Of a stretch of DNA of 64,000 bases, positions 13,353 through 25,867 are shown in pieces. Position numbers and translations under genes: made by a program. Origin of the DNA: Vicugna vicugna (lineage: Eukaryota); assembly GCA_013265495.1 (NCBI GenBank), contig MU058636.1, positions 8,639,425-8,703,424 on the forward strand, written 5' to 3'. Each line of letters begins with the position of its first letter. Within the stretch, counting starts at the first letter, position 1. The notes under the pieces are model-generated. The model saw only the letters and a list, made by a program, of their open reading frames with translations. It had not been told where the DNA came from and made no database searches.

Positions 13353-14829
13353 TCCAGAAGATAAACAGGAGAGGCATGTGTTCATGAAAAGGAAGGAGCC
13401 GTAAGAGCAATTCCTCATTGTCATAGAAGTCGTAGGGTGGATGTATGATTTATCATCCAAATTAGGGCACATTAGAGACTGCAGTGAGAATGGCATTAAT
13501 AAAGAGCAAGGACAACCAGAATAAACCAGGTCTGTCTGGGCCAATGAATCAGTATTTCACTTTCATGACCCCAAACTGAGTCCCAGGGCATTGCAGTCCA
13601 ATGGCGAGAATTGGCTTTATTTAAGTCTGCATGTTACGGCATGTTGCCCAAAGGATACACATGGTCTTTGAAAGATAAATACACTCAAATTGTTTCCCCC
13701 CTCTGTGTTAAAGAATATCATTCATTTTATCACTTAAAAAAATTGCTAAAATTCTATGAGGTGGCTGAAACAATAGCTATTGTTTTCCAAAATCAGAAAC
13801 CAAGAGCTTAAATAGTATTTCCATTGTGATAAAGCTTTCTGGACAGGAGCTGGCCAAATGCCCTGCCTAACTTGGCTCTGTTCAGTAGAATATGTCATTT
13901 ACTCCAGGGGTTTTCAGAATTTTCTTTCCCCTACTTTATAGATCTGGGTTTTCAGCTGAGTTAAAAAGACATATAGACACTTCATCTATTTTAATGGCAA
14001 CGTAATTACATTTACACTCGAAAAAGATAGGGGTGGTTTTGTAAAAATAACAATCCTAAGGAAAGTACATAAGAAATAAGGGGATGTATTTTTGATTTTC
14101 ACCCAAAGCAGCAGGCCATATCGGATCTCCATGCCTCTAAGTGGCAATTCAAAAGGAACACTCATAGCAGTAATGAGACCAGTATAATTGTTTCGAGAGT
14201 ATCTAAATCACCATAAGTAAGCTTCATAACTTAAGATATATGGAAAACTATTTACTTTGAATACAAATGTTAGAATATTTAAATGGCAAGGATTTATTGG
14301 GCCCTAATGTACACTTAAAAGAAGCCTGGGGGCTATGTGCTCATCTGAGCCTGTTTTAATCTTCCAGTTGATAATTTACACCGCTAAATTAACATAGAAG
14401 CAAATGCGCTTTTCCTATATGCCACAGAGAGTAACAGATCACAGAGGCCTTCCAGAGTATTCAGTTTGATGAAAGGTGCATCTAACTCAAATCTCCTTCC
14501 AATCATAAAAGTTGGTGAATTCTTGATTGAAAACATAACTCTAGACAAAGTAATGCTAATTCAAGTGTTTCTTGTTCAGTGCATTCCATGAGAGTTTTTA
14601 CCCAGGTTTATTAAGTGGTAAAAAGACACCAAACTTTTTCTAGAAAATTATTTCATACAATTATATTGTACTAGCCCATTTAAGACACTCCTGAGAATAT
14701 ATTAATAGTCATATGATAAATAATAAAAATACTTACCTAAGAAGAAAACTATAAATTATCCATCTACGTTCTAAGTTCAAAGTAGAAACTGAGAAATAAT
14801 TTAAACATATATAATTCTGGTCCTTCACT

Positions 14830-15130
14830 GACTTCTGCCTTTGTCTTTTCTTTTCCTTCTTGATGCTCCCTGCAATTTCTGAAGGGTTCGCCCTCAAATC
14901 TCCTTACTCTTAGGAGAATACCATGCTGTATTTATCACCACCAAGCAGATGCCTCCCAAATCTGCGCTTCAACTCCTCTTTCTTGCTACAGTCTCTCCTT
15001 TGATCTGCAATTTCATATCCCCAAGTGAAACCCTCACTGGGCTGTCCCTTGCTAATGTGAAACAATGAACCTAGACTCCATCATAAAAGTTAGAGATAAA
15101 CACACAGTCTTTGATGATCTTGTCCAATAT
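14830..15130 (+). mobile_element. L2 fragment
   Basis: 'tttatcaccaccaagcagatgcctcccaaatctg' typical L2 segment. Confidence 0.5.
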
Positions 15131-18100
15131 TTTCTGTGATGCTCAGTTTCCCTTTGTAGAATCCTCACTAGTCACCCTCACTATTTTGCATGGACTTCTT
15201 AACCTCACAGCTTCAATTTTTTTAGCCCCACTCTCCTCCCAGAGCCATGTTTTCTCTCCTACAAACACATCCTGGAAACAGGCTTCTAGGGCATGCACGG
15301 GCGGGGGTGGGAGGAGGCATCTAATTAACCCTCTGTGATGGCATCTTCACTTCACTGATAATGATAATTCTGCCTCCATTGTTGTTTTCTTCAATTTCTC
15401 TGCTGGAAAAAAATTGCTATCTCCTGTAACAACAGCAACAGAAACATGCCTTTCTCTGCCTCTGCCCTCAGATTTAATTTCCCATGAATCACTGAAAGAG
15501 AAGTACGGCATAGTTGAGATTTAGAAATTTGCAAGTGGACCGAAGGAAATGACAATCAACCCCCTTTCTTTGCCCTTCTTGTACATACTGTGTGACAAGC
15601 TGTTAAATACTTTTTTTTTCCCTCAAGAAATAAGGGCTACCGTATTCCAAAGGATCTAAGTGTTATTTTAAACCAGCTTTTACTTTATTCTTTGGAGTAA
15701 TTTAATGAAAGGAAAGAAGTCTAGTTTAGCTGTATCCTAGCTGGGTTAAAAAATAAAATGGAAAGTGGAATAATGCAACCACCCATGGTGGGCAGGGGAA
15801 GAGGGTTTTATAAGATTATTCAATCTGGAGATTTTATAGATAGCCTAGTGAGCTGTCGTCAAGTCACAGGAAGGAGTCCGTTAAGACCAAAGATCAAGTT
15901 GTACCACTGAATACTTCGTGTACTAATAACATCTGACACCATGGAAGCATTATGTAGTTAAATAAAAAAAACCCATTCTGCTACACCTCAAGGGGTAGCA
16001 AGCAGAGTGATCATTTCTGCAGAAGCCAAAAGACTTTCTGCTGTGACTTAACCTGGAAGTTACACTTCTCCAAAATGAAGGGTAGTCTAGGTAACTTGGC
16101 CTCCACTGCACAGAAATAAGGAGGGTATTCCTGGAAGGTAAATCATGGCAGCAAGGAATCTGCAGTCAAAAGAGACAGAAATCCCTAGATTTCCAGAAAT
16201 TCATCGATTTGTCCAATATCCAATTAAGAACAAGGATAGCTAAAGCTATGTGCAGAGTTGATGGAGATGTTAATAAAAGAATTATCCACATACTCTCTGT
16301 ATCCTTTGACAGACTGCAGTTTCATGAAGGCCATTCTTGTTTACCACAACATACAGCCCAAGTTTTTGTCATAGTAATGAGTACATAGTAGACCCTGAAT
16401 AAATAATTCTGAGGATATGCTGAGAATTTTCTGATAAGTCCTGGTAAGAAGGAAGGGCAACTCTTGGCATGGATGCTACAAAAGATGACTAGCAGATAAT
16501 AGAGAAGCAAGTGACACAGGAAAAATAACAGCAAACTTTTAAATAGTGCTTACTGGGGACCTGGGAAGATTATATATGTACATTTATTCTGTCCTATAAT
16601 AGATATTATTATATATAAGAAAAAATTAAAGGTATAAAAATTGAAAGTGAGAAGGCAATGTGTTTTAGCTTGGATAGGGTGTGATTGTTGCACAAGGAAC
16701 AATCAGAAAAAAAACAAAATAACTATTTAAAAATGAGAGATTCAGTATATAACAGACACTAAATAAATAATTCTAAGGTACACAACTGATATACATATTT
16801 AATAGCTTCCATACATGAAATAGCATCTTTGTAGAACAGAAAATGAAAGATAAGACCCCATCTGAAATATTAACAATAAGGATAGGGTTATTTAGGAATA
16901 AAATATAAGATAAATTAACAAAACCACCGGGGAGAAAATAAAGATATTAAAGAGGGAAAAATGAGAAGCTACATAAGTAGATTTGAAATACGCATAAAGA
17001 AACTCTGAAAGACTACATGATAAACTCTCCAAGAGCAGCTGTGTGTATATAAGTTGGGGACAATGTGGGAACTCGAACCGTGGAGTCCAGGAGGGAAGGA
17101 AGATGTTCATTATTTCTCTTTATGTACTTTTTGGCCTTTGAATCTGTGAGTGGCTCACCCGCCCGAAACTTAAGAAATAAGTTTAACCAAACCGTGAGCA
17201 TCTATGTTATCTGATTAGAACAAAATTCTCAGCATACATATCAGCTAACAAATGTCCGAAATTCACTGCCAATCTTCTTCTCTTTTATATGTGTATACAC
17301 AGTATATGTGTGTAATGAATATTTCAGATGATGGCAATCATTGTCTATACTGAGTACACAACAGATACATCACTCGGAGTAAATCTGGCAGGAATGTGGG
17401 CTTGCAAATAATTCTCAGTGCAGGGGGTCTAGTGAGAGTTCGCTTCTCATCATGAGATGAAGCAAAATGAGGAATTTAAACGAACAGTGAAATTAGCTGA
17501 AGATCGACTTTTAAGGTCTTGCTTTAGAGAAGTGATTTTTCGAAAAATGCCTTTCAGAAGATTTCAGCAGCAACCTGCGAATATATCTCTACAGCTTTGC
17601 TGACATCCTTTGGACGGTGCCAAGAACACTAACTTCTTTAGTAATGTCAATTTTATGATTGCCATCAGACAGATGCAGTAACTGCTAAGCAGGTTTTTGA
17701 CTAGAGTTTTCACAGAAATAATGAAATAACTCCCACCAGGAAACAACCCAGGGAGATCAAGCTCTGAAGATGAGGCTGACAATGCAGTGCTCCTGGTATC
17801 CAGGAAGGAAGCGGGTGTCTGGGGACCTTCAGGGCACTCAGGGAGAGTTAGGACTGGCCGCGCAAGTGAGAAGAGGAGCAGCATGCTTGAGAAAGTGCCT
17901 TCTCTCTTGGTCCACACTTAAGGAGGTGGACCACGGTGTTTCCATGTGAATTAATTTTCATCTAGTTAGGTGATTGTCACCTGATAAGGTTAGTTCTTTA
18001 TTAGGTCTACGAAACACATTTATTCCTTTAAAAATTCATCTTCCAGATGAAATTAGCATCAAATGTAAGAACTAATGTTTATGACAAATTAGGATAGCAG

Positions 18101-18371
18101 TGGAATTGTCACGTATTTTTTTTCCTGCATCAATTTTGTCCAAAATTGAGATGAAATCTATGAAATGTGGATATATTCTGACTGCTGAAAGTAGAGGAAT
18201 GTAATAATATTCTAAGAGCTATTCTAAGAGCTATGGAGCATACAATTTGGAAAATTCATAATGTTGGACATCTTTTGAAATCACCATGTTCAAATGATTC
18301 CTCATATTTATTTGTTAGAAAATCATATAACATCTAATCAGCTGCAGGCCAGACTTCGGTGACAACTAAGT

Positions 18372-18540
18372 TTAATGTAGCAGTTGGGAGCATGAACCCT
18401 GGAGTTCGACCGCCTGGATTTAGAGCCTTGCTCTGTCACCAACCGAGCTGTTGAATCTCTCTGTGGCTACCTTTCCTCATCTGCAAAGTGGGGATTATAA
18501 TCGGGTCTTTTTCATAGGGTTGTTGTCGGTCTTAAAGGAA
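18372..18540 (+). mobile_element. MIR SINE
   Basis: 'gagcatgaaccctggagttcgaccgcctggattt...tttcctcatctgcaaagtggggattataat'. Confidence 0.8.
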
Positions 18541-18684
18541 TATTTTTATTATTAAGAAATGATTTTTGTCTCAAATAATCAGGTTGCTACCTGGCAAATC
18601 TGAGATACAATTAAAGAGAAGATATTAGAGAGATGTAATTTAACATAGAAAATTCGAGAGGCAGTCAAGCACTCGGGCAGTAAT

Positions 18685-18905
18685 TGAGATGTGGTTGTGT
18701 TTGAATCCCGGTTGCTCTGCTCACTGCGTAAGTGCTTTATGGCAATTTACTTAACCTTTGCGTGACTGGGTCTCCTCGTTTGCAATAATTTGAAAATTCA
18801 TCTGCAGAAGCTACCTCATCATGTTCTTGAGAAAATGAAATGTATTAATAAATGAATGAATGCTTGAAATAGTCTCTGGTACACAGAAGAGCTTAAATAA
18901 ATATT
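18685..18905 (+). mobile_element. MIR SINE
   Basis: 'gtttgaatcccggttgctctgc...ggcaatttacttaacct...ctacctcat'. Confidence 0.7.
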
Positions 18906-19137
18906 AATAATGATTCTTATTATATTTCACCTCTTAAATTGACACAATTAGTCATTCAGCTAGTCATCTTTTTTCTCTTAAAAGCACAGAGAACTATATT
19001 CAATACAAAATGAGAACAAATACTGTGAGCAAGAAAAAGTCTTGGAACATTTGCGAGAAAGAAAGGAAGACTGGCCGTCTGGAATACAACCCATGAAGAA
19101 GAGAGAGGTAAGAGATGAAGTCAAAGACAGGTTCAAG

Positions 19138-19590
19138 TGTTACAGCAAAGTGTGTTACAGCTCAGTGTTACAGCAACCTGGATCCGGGCGAGGGACCAAG
19201 CAGCACTCAGAGGGTTGGAGAACTCAGGTTTATTATGCTGGCGGGCCCAGAGGAGTTAACACTCCAAGCTCTGGACCCTGTCTATCGGTTTACGCAGGCT
19301 TTTATAGGCTACCAGTCAAGACTTTGCAACATCATATGCAAATAAGGTGTTAGAAATGGACCAATCAGGAATGAGCTTTATGCAAATGAGGTGTTAGAAA
19401 TGGACCAATCAGGACTGAGCTTTGGGAACCAATAGAATCTTAGGGGTTTCTTTCTCCTAGAGGCAAGCGGTTTTACAGAAGCGCAAATGCGAGATAATGC
19501 CAGCGAGCCAGGGAACTGGATGGCACCGGCGGGAAAGTAGTGGCCCTGTCTGTGGGTCCTGCCAGTCTCTTCATGGGGCTTCCCACCTCA
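19138..19590 (-). mobile_element. Young-looking ERV1-class solo LTR (453 bp) with perfect CAAG TSD
   Basis: TG...CA termini; CAAG at 19134-19137 and 19591-19594; minus-strand TATAAAA (19300-19306) and AATAAA (19229-19234); many CpGs retained. Confidence 0.92.
19335..19422. repeat. 44-bp tandem duplication in LTR U3 (octamer + CCAAT unit)
   Basis: Units 19335-19378 and 19379-19422 match at 42/44 positions. Confidence 0.95.
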
Positions 19591-21775
19591 CAAGGAGCAG
19601 TTCCACTCTGGCTAGTCCTTCGTTATTACTCACAGTTCAGCTTAAAAATGTAAAATAATAGTTTATCCCTCTGTGTCCAGAGGGAGATGGTGAGGTCAGC
19701 TCTTGGCTGGACATGAGATTCCAGGAAATTTCTGGAGTTTTCAGCTGCCTTCTGCAGCAAAGCTTGGCATTCTAAAGCAGGTGTCAGAGCAAGCAGTTAG
19801 GATGAACAAGAGAGGAAGATTTTGATGGGATAATCTACTCTTCTTTATATTTTTCTGAGACACATTTACAATATCTCTTCAGACTGAGAAGTAGGGAAAT
19901 TTCTCTGCTTGTGGAAGCACAAGATTTTGTGCTTTAGCGTAAGAGTTGACTAAGATTTTGTGTAACAGAAATGTTTCTTTCTAAACATTGTAAATAGTCC
20001 CCCACAGGCAACTGCAGGTGCATTCAGTGATTCCTGGTTCTTGTCAGCTCTCATCTATTATGATCATTTGAAACCTGGATCCAGCAGTAGCAGGATTGAG
20101 ATGAGGAACTGTTACAATCTCAACATATCCAGAATCAGGTAAAACTTCAGAGTTTGTGAATAAGAAAAGTTCTCAACAACTTGGTAGAACAATGCAACAA
20201 GATAATGGATAATGAGCAGAGGGGAGTCTGGAGAGGCACTGAGCTCCCCAAAATTCTGTGTTTAAGGGAAAAATACCTATTCGTGGACTCTTGAATTCCA
20301 TATCAGAATTCTAACAGCTAGAAGAAAGGGCTAGTTAGGAAATGGATTTGGGAGCAATATTATAATGGACTGTTGATCCAAATGGCAGCTTTGAATGAAG
20401 CACCCTGATTGAGACTATAATTGACTTAGACAACTAGCCTATCAGCCTTCTTTGGGTCTTTCAAAAATTTGAACATCAGTTGCAAAGATCATTCCACTGA
20501 AAGGAGAGATTTGATGCATTGTAAACTTGCCTTAATGATAATTTTTCTCACACAAGTCAGGAGAAACATAGAGAATATTTTTTTTTAGGTTTATGATGGC
20601 CAAGTGGAGGGATGGTGCCATCTTGTTGTGAGACACAGAAAGGGAGAAAAACGTTATATATTTAGGCTAAATGTTATTTTAAAAATACAACTTTAAAAAT
20701 TTGGTATTGTAAAATACAATGACTGGACTCCAAATAATATCACTCAATAAGAATAAAAAATATGAAAATTCTCGATCATAGAGCTCAAGAGAAGAACATT
20801 ATGTTGGATAGATAAAAAATAAATAAATGCATAACTTTGATAAGGCAGTGCAAGGAGAACTCTGAAGAGCACAAATTTCAAAAGGATTTGTAGGAAATAA
20901 AGAGGGATAATTTTATAGACTCTGCAAAACTTAATGCTGAAAGCACTTACTGAGCAATCAATATTAATTACACTAAAGGGAAGAGCAAATTAAAATGTAT
21001 GACAAAAGACGTATTATGAAGGCTAAAACCAAGGACTCAATTTATTTGGTTGATTAAAGAACAGGTACATGTAGATTGTCTTGTACTTTAGGTAGGGTAT
21101 TTGGCATTTAGGTTTATGAAGATTTATACACCAATCAATAAAAGTTGTTTTCAGTCGTGTTTGGGAAGATAACACAACAAACACACAAATACATAAGCAG
21201 ACCTGTGATACATCCATTGCCCGAGTAAACTACTATTACCTTATGAGAACAATCAAAGGAGATGGAATGCATAGATTCCATTTTTTTCAACCTTGTTCTT
21301 AAAGGAAATGAGCCACAAACTGTAAATATCAGAACAAACCCAACTATTCGGGAATTAAAATTTTGGGTTTATTACCATTTGGCAAATGGTCCCTGATGTA
21401 AACAGTCCCAAGTACTTTATCTCCAAAGTACTCACGAATATAGAAAGAAGTACTCACCCCAGCACCAATAACAATGAATTCGCTAAAAGAATCTTAGAAG
21501 AATTTCCACCAAAAAGAGGGAAAAAAGCTGAAAAGTGACAGAAATGGAGCAAACTTCCTAGAATGAAAAATCTTGACAACTCCCGCTGGGTGTTTTCCAT
21601 GATCTCTTCACCTATTCCAGAAATGTAAAGTCTGTACTAAGCATACAAGCCTGTTTTCACTTCGTGGATATTAAAAATTTGTGGTGTTATTTCCTTGGTT
21701 CAGAGAACACTGTCTGGAAATCATCATTCCTGATGCATCATCATGGGAGAAATTTTTACAGGGCAGTATGATCGC

Positions 21776-22245
21776 TGTGGTGGGCTGAATAATGGCCTCT
21801 GAACATGACCGTGTCCTCATCCTTGGAACCTGTGAGTCTTACCTTATATGGCAAAGGGACTTTGTAGTAGGAATTAAACGAAGGATTTTGAGGTAGGGAG
21901 TTTATCTCTGTTCCGCCCTGGGAGCGCAGTGTAACCGGAAGGGTCCTTATAAGGTGGACGCATGGTCTCAGTAAGAGAAGAAGGCAGGGGATGGCCTAGT
22001 CTGAGACTGGAGGGATCCGCTTTGAAGACAGAAGGGGCCACAATCAAGGAATACAGGCATCCATGAGAAGACAAAAAAAAAAAAAAAAAAAAAACACACA
22101 CAAGGAAATGAATTCTTTCCTCAGAGCCTCTAGAAGGCTCCAGCCTTGCTGACACCTTGACTCTGGCCCAGGGAGACTGATTTCAGACTTCTGACCCTCA
22201 GAACACTGGGAGGTTTTTGTAAATGTTTGTTGTCCCTAAGTTTTG
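21776..22245 (+). mobile_element. MLT1 (MLT1D-like) MaLR LTR
   Basis: 'tgtggtgggctgaataatggcc...gttaccttatatggcaaagggactttg'-like start; 'cagccttgctgacaccttgact...cagacttctgacc' end. Confidence 0.85.
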
Positions 22246-22419
22246 TAAATGCTTGTTGTCACTGTGACTGGGTCAGGAGATGAGGCTGGAGAATTAAGTA
22301 AAAGCCGAATCTTGAAGGTATTCTGCTTCATGCTAAGATTTGGACTTTATTCTGAGCAAAGACAGAAGACATTAACAGAATTTAAGGAAGGAAGTAATGT
22401 GATTAAAAAAAATCATAAA

Positions 22420-23810
22420 ATAGACTTCTGCTTCCACTAAGCACAATGGAAAAACTGGACGTTATATGAAACAAACCAAAGGACATTTTGAAACAAGAGA
22501 ACATAGACCAGGTAGGAACCTCAGGCCCCAAGGAACAGAACTGTTGTCAGTTTTTTCGTTTACCTTTGCCTTATATATTCCAGACTTGGGGCTGAAGAAT
22601 CTGGCAACCTGAAAAGGCCAAAAAGCACAGACAAAACTAGCCCTAGTAAAAGCCTGCTCTTCGGCTAAAAGGACCAGGAAAGGAGTAACCCAATAAGACA
22701 GAAGATGTTAAGAAAACAATCGCTCTACTCAAGTCAAATATCACAAGAAAAAACAGGCCCCACCATCAACCCTGTCAGCAGAGGCTGAGTGAGGAGCTTG
22801 GAGGACTCCCCCAGCCAGACTGTTAACAAGGCACTGGACCACCCTCGCTGCTGAGTAAGGAAGAGGGACTTCTATTCCTGGAGGGCAGTGATGCCCTGCT
22901 CCCTCTCGTCAGTAAGAGAAGGGGATCCTGGATTCCCACTGCCACCCTGCAGTAACAGATGCTACCTCTCACTGCTCGAAGCATTGAGGCTTTCGCTGTT
23001 ATAAAGAGGGAGCGAGGGAACCCGTCCCCACCCACCCTCCAAACAGGAGTAAGAACCCCCTCACTGGGGATCAAGGGGGGCTGAATGGGGAATCGAACCT
23101 GCCCGGGGCAGTTACCAGAGGTTGCACCCTTTCTCCTGCATCCTTGGGGAATGAAGTGGAAATTAAGAATGCTCAGATGAAAGAAAGTTAAGAACAATTC
23201 TCGCCAGCATACCCACCCTAAAAGGTTAAAGAAAGTCCTTGAGCCCAAAAGGAAACTGTAAGGTTAGTCATCTTAAAAAGTCAGATGGAAAGAACAACAA
23301 AAAAAAAGTCAAAATATGGGTCAATACAATATTTTCTTTTCGTCTTGAGTTTTCTAAATGATGTTTGATGGCTGTATAATGTAGCCTGATTTGGTTCTAA
23401 AGAGAGGAAATATTTGTGACAGTTACATCATGAAAGGGAGAATTAAAAGAATGTAAAGGCACGTACTTGAACTGGCACAAAGTCAATCCCAGTCATAGAC
23501 TCACAAATTACCTACAGCAACCCCGAAAAAGCTCTGCAAAGAAAAAAAAAAGACACTGTAAGTAAATCAAAATTGTATTCCAAAAAGAATGATACATACA
23601 GGAAGGTAGGAAAAGGAAAAGAGGGAAATTAAAACAAGCAAAAAAAAAAAAAAAAAAAAAAAAAAGGAACAACCCAGCAAATGAAAATAATATGGAAGAC
23701 TTTACTCTTTATCAGTAATTATATGCAAATGGCATATACATCAAAGACAGAGATTGGCAGGGTAGGTATTTTTTAAAAAGCATTAACGGCGCCAGGCTGT
23801 CTATAAGAAA
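22420..23810 (+). mobile_element. Old L1M (L1MC/L1MD-like) 5' and internal fragments
   Basis: 'gacttctgcttcc' start; 'ttttcgtcttgagttttctaaat' and 'tcaaagacagagattggcag' L1M motifs. Confidence 0.6.
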
Positions 23811-23829
23811 CTCCGTCTCCCCAAGGCGA

Positions 23830-25015
23830 AATCTGTAGGCAGAGCTCTGGAGCTCGGGGCAGGGACAAACACAAGCTTCTCTCTGAGAGACAGCTGGGCT
23901 CTAGGCGCTGAGAGCTCAGTGTGAGAACGGGCAGCAGCCAGATGCCCTTTGGGTTGTGGCCGCTGGTGCAGAACCATTCCAGGCTGGGGCAATGGTTACC
24001 TGAGGCCCAATATTCTCAGTATAATGAGCCCGAGAAAGAGCTTCTGTTTCACAAATGCGGGCTGAGTGCAGGAAGGGAGCTCCCAGTTCTTACTCAGCTG
24101 CACTAGCCTAGGAATAGGTAGCTGGGGGCAAGATGAGAACTGCTGACTTCTCTTTCGTCCCCAGAAGAGACGCCTCTGACTGGGAGCTGGGGAAGGGGCA
24201 GGACAGGGAGGCTGTGTTCTTGGCTGTGCCCTTTCCGGTGGACTGTCCCCCTTGCTGAGCTGGGAGTGGGGAGGGAGGGCCTTGGTTCAAACACTGAGAA
24301 AGGACGGAAGGGGGCAGGGCACAACCCCTGAAGGAATGACACAGCAGTTGAGGACAGAATAAACTGGTTACCACCAAGATGGCAGAAGATTCGACTTCTA
24401 GTAGACCCTGAACCTCATGGCACACCCTTGGGTGCCGTGACAGTTCCTAGGCTGACCATCAGAGATCAAAAAGTAGGTGAGGGGGAGGTGCTGTTTCCTG
24501 GAAACCCCTGCCCCTCCTCCAACATAGTTGGAATAATCCTCCTACTCATTAGTACATAAAATTACTAAGCCCATTAAAACTAACACCTCTGCCCCTCCTG
24601 GTCACTCTGTCTCTTGCCTCCTGAGACAACCCACACCCTCTATGGAATGTGCATCTACTTTTACTTTAAGCTAAATAGCTCTTGGTCTCCCTCCCTCTTA
24701 CCTTTTGAGATGGCCTGAATTCTGCTTATGGAGTGTCCCTCTGTCTAAATAAACCTGCTTTCACTTTACCATGCCTTGCTCTTGAATTCTTTCCTGCGCA
24801 AGGCAAGAACCTATTCTCTGGCAACAACATCACAGACTTTCTTACATACTCTTCATAAGTTATCTTGAATTGAGCTTTCTTCATTTTCAGTTTTCTTCCT
24901 GTTTTCCCTTAGGACAATTTCCAGAGACTTTAAATATTGTTTTAAAAATAATCTTTATCAGTTTCGCTGGGGAGCAAGTCAGATGGAGTGCCTCACACTT
25001 ACATCACTCACCGAA
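23830..25015 (-). mobile_element. Old L1M 5'UTR fragment, interrupted by the LTR at 24295-24826
   Basis: 'caaacac|cacagact...cccttaggacaatttccagagactttaaat...gctggggag' recalled L1M 5'-end motif rejoins across the LTR. Confidence 0.6.
24295..24826 (+). mobile_element. ERV1-class solo LTR A
   Basis: tgagaaagg...tggcaaca termini; AATAAA near 24748; flanks ACAC/ACAT (TSD with 1 mismatch). Confidence 0.9.
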
Positions 25016-25867
25016 TTGCTCTAAGTTGATCATCAGTGTATTATTTTTTGCAACTGTATGTGAATCCACAATTATCTCAAAATTAGAGGTTTATTTAAAA
25101 AATCGTAGACAAACAACACAAATAGCTATGCAGGAGAATTATTCAGTCCATTTCTCTGTTTCTAAGCAAGCTTTCAGTAGACAAGCAAACTAATTTTCTT
25201 CTGGAATCTCAGCAGAGAAAGAAATTCTCTTTCCACTTCTGCAATCCGGGAATGTATCGTAAACAACGCATTCCGCTTGGTAACGTGAAGAGTTCACATG
25301 ATCAAGTTTACTGGTGACGGACTAAAGGAGAAAACTAAGGTATATATTCTGAGCATCCAGCACTTAGGATTTTCATCAATTTTTTAAATTAATGTTTAAG
25401 TGAATTACTGAATTTCCAAGACAAGGAACAGAATCAGTTGGGCCAGTATCAACGATGCTGACTTCTCAGGCTTCCTTCACTACCACCACCCTCCTCTTCC
25501 TCATTCTCTACCGCCACCATCATCTAAAACTCAGTCAGAATGTCATGAGCATGGTGTTGTGTCAGGGTCACTCAGAGACAGTCAGTAGTGACCCTGCTGG
25601 AAAGGTGGTGATGGTCTATTTTGTGACCTTGCTGTATGGAATGAGAATGATAGGTGGGCTATTTTGTAGATTTTTATCCAATGCGCCTGTGTACCCATGA
25701 CAGTCTGTTTCAGACATACTTATTTAATGGCTTCTTTTTTTTTTTTTTTGCCTATCCTCTGTTAGAGAGATGAGGGCCCCAGAAGCGTGCAGAAAATTGC
25801 AAAGAGACAGATCAGATGCTGAGTGCAGCCTGACAAGCAAGACACCAGAGCAAGGAAGGGGAGAAGA

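Noticed and set aside
19335..19422. CRISPR-like repeat array
   Set aside because: Two abutting units with no spacers, inside a eukaryotic LTR
21483..21527. Minus-strand peptide LFSLFLVEILLRFF resembling a voltage-sensor helix
   Set aside because: Immediately followed by a stop, with no companion exons; chance product of T-rich sequence
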